A stretch of 64,000 bases of DNA from Macrostomum lignano (lineage: Eukaryota), in contig NIVC01003642.1 of the NCBI GenBank assembly GCA_002269645.1, positions 22,130 to 86,129 of the forward strand, written 5' to 3'. The translations under genes were made by a program, and so were the position numbers. How positions within the stretch are numbered: position 1 is the stretch's first letter; every line of letters begins with the position of its first letter. This document shows positions 57,004 through 64,000 of the stretch, one piece after another. The notes under the pieces are model-generated. The model was not told the DNA's origin. It ran no database searches and saw nothing but the letters and a program-made list of their open reading frames with translations.

Positions 57004-57998
57004 ATGACAGGACCGGAAGTGGGACTAGAATCCAACGCGGAACCAGAAGTGGAACTAGAATTCAAAGCGGAATCAGAATTGGAACTAGAATCCAAAGCGG
57101 AACTGGAAGCGGAGCTGGAGGAATCCAAAGCAGAACCGGAAGCGGAGCTGGAGGAATCCAAAGCGGAACCGGAAGTCGACCTGGAATTCAAAGCGGAACC
57201 GGAAGTATGGCTGGAACCCAAACCGGAACCGGAAGCGGAGCTGCAGGAATCAAAAGCGGAACCGGAAGTCGACATGAAATCCAAAACGAAACCGGAAGTC
57301 TACCTGGAATCCAGAGCGGAACCGGAAGCGGATCTGGAGGAACCCAAACCGGAACCGGAAGAGGAGCTGGAGGAACCCAAACCGGAACCGGAAGCGGACC
57401 TGGAATTCAAGTCAAAACCGGAAACCAGACCGGAGATGGAACTCAAGCCAGTAGCGACAGCACCACCGAAAACATCGCTAAAAACTGGTGCGGCATCGGA
57501 AGCGGCACGACTGCCGCCACAGTTGGCTGCATCGCCGCACTCGGATGCGCGGATATCGAAGCCGGAAATGGCAACGCGGATGCCAGCAGCAGGTGTCAGG
57601 CACAGCTTAATTGTCAGCCGTTGCAGCAGCAACAGCCGCCGCCGCTGCCGTCGCTGTCCTCCACGCTTAGTCGCGATCGTCGAACTCAGCCGGGCAACGC
57701 GCAGGGCACAACCTATCTGGGCATGTCGCTGATCACCTGCCTGTGCTTCAACTGCCTGCTCGGCTCAGTGGCGGTGGCCCTGTCGCTCAGGTCGCACCGG
57801 CTTCTACTGGCCAGAGACTGGCGTCGGGCCGCCCGGCTGGGCCGGTGGGCGCTGGCCGTCAGCGCGGCCGGCATCCTCAGCAGCATGGCGGCGGTGGCGC
57901 TGCTGTTCACCGAGGCGGGAGGCTTCGGCGGCAGCTTCGGCGTAGCAGGCGGCCGCCAGAACGACGGGGCTTCGGGTATGGCCAGGACCCGGCCATGA
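57004..57998 (+). CDS. CD225/dispanin-family membrane protein (PRRT-like) with an acidic Pro/Glu N-terminal repeat; probable 1-nt frameshift near 57545
   Basis: The C-terminal TTYLGMSLITCLCFNCLLGSVAVALSLRS...RDWRRAARLGRWALAVSAAGIL fits the CD225 two-hydrophobic-segment pattern with a CxC motif. The upstream repeat region looks coding in the other frame (PEAELEESKAE). The start codon is uncertain. Confidence 0.7.
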
Positions 57999-58019
57999 AC
58001 TGTGAAGGGTTTGGCACGG

Positions 58020-58120
58020 GAGTTCTCGTGCGATTCACAGCCAAGAGGGCCAGTTCCGAGGCCCTGAGAGTGTACATGCCGTTGTACACCCTGTGTGAGC
58101 GTGTCAGTGCGTGCGCTTGA
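58020..58120 (+). repeat. Copy C of the unclassified dispersed repeat (internal deletion)
   Basis: GAGAGTGTACATGCC|GTTGTACACCCTGTGTGAGCGTGT matches copy B with the inner hairpin deleted. Confidence 0.78.
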
Positions 58121-58941
58121 ATAAGCTTAATTATACCCATCTTCGTGCTTAAAATAATTTTAAGAGCTTCAGAAATATTAAGGCTAACACTGGATGAAAA
58201 AATCTTGTTAGGGTGTCCATAGGCATCTGGTGCCATCTGTTGAAGGTGCCGATGGCGTCTGTGTGATGACGGAATGCTTGAGAGACTAGCTGAGGGTGTC
58301 TAGCAGTTGAGGCTTGCCCACTGTCGAAGCTTGATCAGCGAAACTCGAGAAATTCGCAACAGGGTGTGTTGATGAAATTTGGAGGCTTGGCAAGGCAGCA
58401 CTGAGGCGCACAGGGTTGTATTGAATACACTGGCGCTTGTGGGACAAATCAGACCTTCTGGCAGAATCGTTGAATATCTCGACAGTCCGGAATGCTGGCG
58501 ACTTGATTCTTATTTGAGAAGCTGTGCAATAAAAGTTTGCGCGAACTCTTGAATTGTTTGTGCGCTTGCAGTGCTCCGTTCCGACGTAGCAAAAAGCCAC
58601 AATAAATAAAATAAATAAATATGCGAGCCAATCTGTAATACGATTGACAGCTTGAAAACCAGTCCAGTAATTATTGCACTTAACAAACAAAAACAAGAAA
58701 CAATTTTTTATTAGTATAGAAAAAATTGATTAGAAGAGAAATATGAAGAAAAGGCTGAATTTACACTACAGCAGTGCCAGACTAGCATCAGAATTCGATT
58801 TGCGAGGTACAAATAGAGGTCAGTAGTAAATGAAGAAAACAATTTCTTAGTATAATTTAAAGCAAGCTCTCTCGCAAGAGAAAAAAAATCGATTTTTGTT
58901 AGAGAGAAACAGCTGTTTCAGATGGTCAGATAAGCACGCAA

Positions 58942-59434
58942 AGGGGCGTAACCAGGAAGCCACATCATCTGTGGGAGCGTCAAATCATTACTGGGTCTAA
59001 TCTCAAGCCAGGAGCTTTAGCACCAGAGGCTTTAGCACAGCAGCGCCAGCACCGGGCTTTAGCACCAGGGCTTTAGCACCAGGGGCTTTAGCACCAGAGG
59101 CTTTAGCACCAGAGGCTTTAGCACAGCAGCGCCAGCACCGGGCTTTAGCACCAGGGGCTTTAGCACCAGGGGCTTTAGCACCAGAGGCTTTAGCACCAGA
59201 GGCTTTAGCACAGCAGCGCCAGCACCGGGCTTTAGCACCAGGGGCTTTAGCACCAGAGGCTTTAGCACCAGAGGCTTTAGCACGGCAGCGCCAGCACCGG
59301 GCTTTAGCACCAGGGGCTTTAGCACCAGAGGCTTTCGCACAGCAGCGCCAGCACCGGGCTTTAGCACCAGGGGCTTTAGCAATAGGGGCGCCGTTTGAGG
59401 GGGCGCCAGCAACTTGGCCCTTGGCTACGCCTCT
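58942..59434. mobile_element. MITE-like element with AGGGGCGTAACCAGG-type ends and an internal minisatellite
   Basis: Left end AGGGGCGTAACCAGG; the reverse complement of the right end is AGAGGCGTAGCCAAG. The interior (59005-59390) is a composite CTTTAGCACCAG[A/G]GG array. No TSD seen. Confidence 0.55.
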
Positions 59435-59743
59435 AGGAATACTTACATGTAATCTAATCATCTACTTGACTAAGTGTAAATATTTAAACTACATAATTAC
59501 TTCACTGTTTGTCTAAAACAAGGAATAATACGCTTTACATTCGCCTCTCGCTACTTGCGAGTTAGCAATCAAGGACTGACAGTTGGGCAAGAAAACCCTC
59601 AACCAGAAAATTTGCGAGTAGGCGTGATAAAAATACATATTAAAATAGTAAAATAAAATCTTTTAAAATAAAAGCTGACGCAATTCGACGTGGGAGCTGC
59701 AATAAACAAACATTGCTACTAACAGTAGCTGAATTCGACTGAG

Positions 59744-62700
59744 TCAAAGCGACTGAAATACGTTATACTTCTCAGAGAAAGAGACTGCGCTCATTTTGAC
59801 TTGATTTCGGCGATTCTGCCCGATCCGGGCGCGCATGTCGGCCAGGCTGACATTGCCGAGCGGTCAGCGCCGGTGGTCGGCGCGGCCGGCGGCGGCAGCT
59901 GCGACGGGGCGGACTTTTGTGGTAACGGTGCAGCTCTGAGAGACTGCGGCTGGCTCTCCTGCTGCTGAATGAGGCAGTTTAGAGAGGTTATGAGATGTTT
60001 GCCCAGGCTGGGGGTATGGGAAGTTCGCCTGGCAACTGAGGATCTGGGAGGCTGGCCTAGCAACTGAAAATCTGGCAGGCTGGCACAGCAACTGATGATC
60101 TCGGAGGCTGGCCCAGCAACTGAGGATCTGGGAAGGAGGTTGGCGCAGCAACCGAGGATGTGGGAGGCTGTCCCAGCAACTGAGGATCTGGTAGGCTGGC
60201 TCAGCAAATGAGGATCTGGTAGGCTGGCTCAGCAAATGAGGATCTGGTAGGCTGGTTCAGCAACTGAGAATCTGGGAGGCTGGCACAGCAACTGAGGATC
60301 TGGTAGGCTGGCTCAGCAAATGAGAATCTGGGAGGCTGGCACAGCAACTGAGGATCTGGGAGGCTGGCACAGCAACTGAGGATCTGGGAGGCTGGCCCAG
60401 CAACTGAGGATCTGGTAGGCTGGCACAGCAACTGAGGATCTGGTAGGCTGGCACAGCAACTGAGGATCTGGTAGGCTGGCACAGCAACTGAGGATCTGGG
60501 AGGCTGGCACAGCAACTGAGGATCTGGGAGGCTGGCACAGCAACTGAGGATCTGGGAGGCTGTCCCAGCAAATGAGGATCTGGTAGGCTGGCACAGCAAC
60601 TGAGGATCTGGTAGGCTGGCACAGCAACTGAGGATCTGGGAGGCTGGCACAGCAACTGAGGATCTGGGAGGCTGGCACAGCAACTGAGGATCTGGGAGGC
60701 TGGCACAGCAACTGAGGATCTGGGAGGCTGGCTGGCACAGCAACTGAGGATCTGGGAGGCTGGCACAGCAACTGAGAATCTGGGAGGCTGGCACAGCAAC
60801 TGAGAATCTGGAAGGCTGGCACAGCAACTGAGGATCTGGGAGGCTGGCACAGCAACTGAGGATCTGGGAGGCTGGCACAGCAACTGAGGATCTGGGAGGG
60901 CCAGCGAGTGCAAGCAGCCAGCAGGCTCACCGGCGCCTCAGCAGACTGAACAGATGCGCTGTCGCTGGCCGCGGCGCAGTCGGCGTTGCCGCTGTCCTTC
61001 TCTGCCGACATGCTGGCCTCGACGGGCCGGCGGTCGGGCGTGACGCAACGAACAACGCCGGGCACGGCGGAGCTGAGCTGCAGGCCGGCTTGCCGGAAGC
61101 GCCGGAGCGACTGCGGGCTGCAGACGAACAGGTCGACCCGGCCCGGCTGCGCCTTCACCCGGCTGACCACCGTGGCGTGCGAGGCGTCTTCTGTGAGGGG
61201 GGCAGTGCAATTTGTTAGACAGGGTATGACAGTCTGTTAGACAGGGTAGATAGAAGCCTGTTAGACAGGGTGTATAGAAGTCTGTTAGACAGGATATAGA
61301 AATGAGGCAGCTTGTTATAAATCATCTATATTACTTATAGCAGTAGCTAATCGCAACTTTTTATCCTGGCCAATCAGCAAATTTCTTCCCCTTTTTGTTT
61401 AAATTACAGGTTTGTTAAAACGATACTTTGTTAAAAATTCCTTTTTATTTTTGTTTAAATGTCTTATGTTCACCCCCCCTCCTTTGTCAACGATTATATA
61501 AAAGAGACAACTTGGACCGCCAAATATACAACTCGCGCTCACCCTCGTTTCTCAACTAAAAACTCAATAACTCTTAGCGATTGGAGTGTTCAACCTTAAA
61601 CTTCCGCTAAGACTTGTTTTCGCTTTTTTATTTATTGAATAGGGAAACTTGAGGTCGTGGAGACCAAGAATTAGGGATCTGAATAGGGAAACTTGAGGTC
61701 GTGGAGACCAAGAATTAGGGATCTGAATAGGGAAACTTGAGGTCGTGGAGACCAAGAATTAGGGATCTGAATAGGGAAACTTGAGGTCGTGGAGACCAAG
61801 AATTAGGGATCTGAATAGGGAAACTTGAGGTCGTGGAGACCAAGAATTAGGGATTTAAATAGGGAAACTTGAGGTCGTGGAGACCAAGAATTAGGGATTT
61901 AAATAGGGAAACTTGAGGTCGTGGAGACCAAGAATTAGGGATTTGAATAGGGAAACTTGAGGTCGTGGAGACCAAGAATTAGGGATTTAAATAGGGAAAC
62001 TTGAGGTCGTGGAGACCAAGAATTAGGGATTTAAATAGGGAAACTTGAGGTCGTGGAGACCAAGAATTAGGGATTTAAATAGGGAAACTTGAGGTCGTGG
62101 AGACCAAGAATTAGGGATCTGAATAGGGAAACTTGAGGTCGTGGAGACCAAGCATAGAAACCTGAGTAGGGAGATCGAGATCGTATAGATCTTAAGAAAG
62201 CCGTGCGGGCTAATAATAGACATTAAGGATTAGGCATTAGGAATAGTTTAGCTACTGCTGGACACCCTTGATCCTCGGAAAACGCTAGACTTTCGGACTA
62301 AAACTAGGGAATTAGACAGTGTCTTACCGCTCGGGCACTACACGCTATCACAAGGTTTCCAAGAAATCGTGTGAAATTAGAGAAAGGTCATAGTTTAGGG
62401 CAGCCAATACCACTAGAAATAGACAGCTTAGTGATAAGAACCAGAAAGTCTGTAAAGATTCAGTAGCTTTAAGGTGAAATTGCAGTTAGGAACGATTACG
62501 TCGGCGACACTTGGTGGGATATCGAAGAAGAAGGAAACACGTCTGTGACAGAAATCTGTTAGAAAGTTTACATACATCTATAGATCTTTTTGCCAAGTGT
62601 ATTTAGGAACCCATCAGACACTACTATTCTAATATTTGACCTTGATTGGAAGCAATTAAAAATAGAACTATTGGTATAGTATATAAACAAAAGCAACTTA

Positions 62701-63700
62701 TAACAAGTTTTTCTGGGCAGAAATTAGTTTCATTGATTTTAGTTCATAAAAATGATCATTGGGTACTAGACACAATTACATGCTTCATTCTAGGTAGTAA
62801 TTTTAGGAATCTATCTCCAAAATTTGGCAGCTCTCTACTTGCCATGAATACATATTTAGATAACTATATTATACTGTCTAAAGTTATATTTTACTTCTAG
62901 ATTGTAATTTAGTATGCAAACTAAAACTATGTATTTGCATATCAAGTATTTTGCAATATTTGCAGTCAATTAGGTTTTAGGAAAAAGCTTCTCCAACTAT
63001 ATCTATATTAACACTCATTAAGTAGTGTTATACTGGGCCTACTTAAAATTTGTTGAAGCTTAATAATTGCCATCAGCATCAGATATAGCTATTTTATTAT
63101 GTATCAATACATTTTGTAGCAAAAAAGAACAATACTCAATAATGACAAAACACAACAATTTTTAGATAAAATAGATACCATCATATCATAATAAATAAAT
63201 ATCATCATATACACCATATTATATAAAAAACCCAGTCAAATAATTGCAATTTCTCTGTCCTTGATTACCATTAAAATATATAATATATCTTGAAAATCAA
63301 TCAGCTCAAGGTTATTACTGAAAGTAATTATTTTTGTTTAAAGTAAAGCAAAGTAAAACAAACAACAATAAGATAAATAATACATGTAAACAAATTTTCA
63401 CAAGAACAGCATACTGAAAATTTGAATAAAAACAGTGTAAGCTATATTGGATATCTCGAAAAGTAGTTGTCAATAAACTAAGCAATAATGAATATACTTA
63501 CCAACATTTATTCCATTGACTTCAATCACAATATCATTTGCTCGCAGACCACCAAGAGCAGCTGGAGACAGAGGATCAACTTTGCCAATAAACTGCCCTG
63601 TCTTCCCCTTCTCTGCATGAAGATTGAATCCATAACCAGCAAAGTCATCCCACTTTCTAAGCATGCATAGTCGTGGCTTCTGGTTTTCAGGAACATTCAT
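59744..63700 (-). CDS. NHERF1: NHERF/EBP50 (Sip1/NRFL-1)-like PDZ scaffold; apparent 1-nt frameshift near 59862
   Basis: Exons 63700-63502, 61190-60931 and 59964-59744. The PDZ domain PRLCMLRKWDDFAGYGFNLHAEKGKTGQFIGKVDPLSPAALGGLRANDIVIEVNGINV|EDASHATVVSRVKAQPGRVDLFV spans intron 1 in phase. The ERM-binding-type tail is SLADMRARI...FSEKYNVFQSL*. An open acceptor at 63714 suggests upstream exons may lie beyond the window. The symbol is family level only. Confidence 0.88.
60030..60900. repeat. 28-bp minisatellite (CAACTGAGGATCTGGGAGGCTGGCACAG)n in the NHERF-like intron 2
   Basis: Direct tandem units. Confidence 0.96.
61637..62153. repeat. 44-bp minisatellite (AATAGGGAAACTTGAGGTCGTGGAGACCAAGAATTAGGGAT[C/T]T[G/A])n in the NHERF-like intron 1
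   Basis: Direct tandem units. Confidence 0.96.
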
Positions 63701-64000
63701 TGATTCGATGGCGTCTTTGAAAACAAAAATCGATGTTTATGCTTCCATTAAAATTAAAGTATTATGAGTAGTAGGACTAGGAGTAGTAGGATTAGGAGCA
63801 GTATCAAAACATGTAAAATTGCAAAAACACAGACAAAAATAACAAAAAGGACAGAATACAGACTTTATATAAAATAATATAATGAAATAGGTTACTCAAA
63901 TGTATGTTGGTGTATGAGTGTGAATTCGACTTCGACAGGGAAACAAAATGCAGCTTCTTTGAAAATTGATTTTTTAATTTATATGTGCACGATAACTTAC

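Noticed and set aside
62290-62350. tRNA-like 5' half on the minus strand (TAGTGCCCGAGCGGTAAG)
   Set aside because: Only an A-box-like word is present, with no B box or cloverleaf.

Overview
Eukaryotic (animal) genomic DNA with GT-AG introns. GC-rich exons are embedded in introns and intergenic DNA packed with many different micro- and minisatellites. This style resembles the flatworm Macrostomum lignano, which is an inference and not a database result. Most long ORFs in the supplied track are repeat artefacts. Manual splicing supports these genes: a compact 9-exon MLCK-type kinase (1305-9074, +), an APC-like armadillo protein (about 22958-28935, +), an intronless 4-EF-hand calmodulin-like gene (35872-36357, -), the last exon of an unidentified low-complexity protein (42933-43826, -), a 4-exon DUF3105/TP53I13-like secreted protein (51551-54121, +), a CD225/dispanin protein (about 57004-57998, +) and a NHERF/EBP50-like PDZ scaffold (59744-63700, -). 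The most notable accessory region is a head-to-tail Helitron cluster (44399 to about 51123). It has intact termini on the first element, STPR-like 23-aa repeats, a PIF1 helicase fragment and an apparently intact spliced RPA70-like gene. Also present are a 562-bp foldback element, small MITEs, a tRNA-derived SINE head, a degenerate retroelement RNase H fragment and an unclassified dispersed hairpin repeat. No CRISPR arrays, rRNA genes or functional tRNAs are supported.
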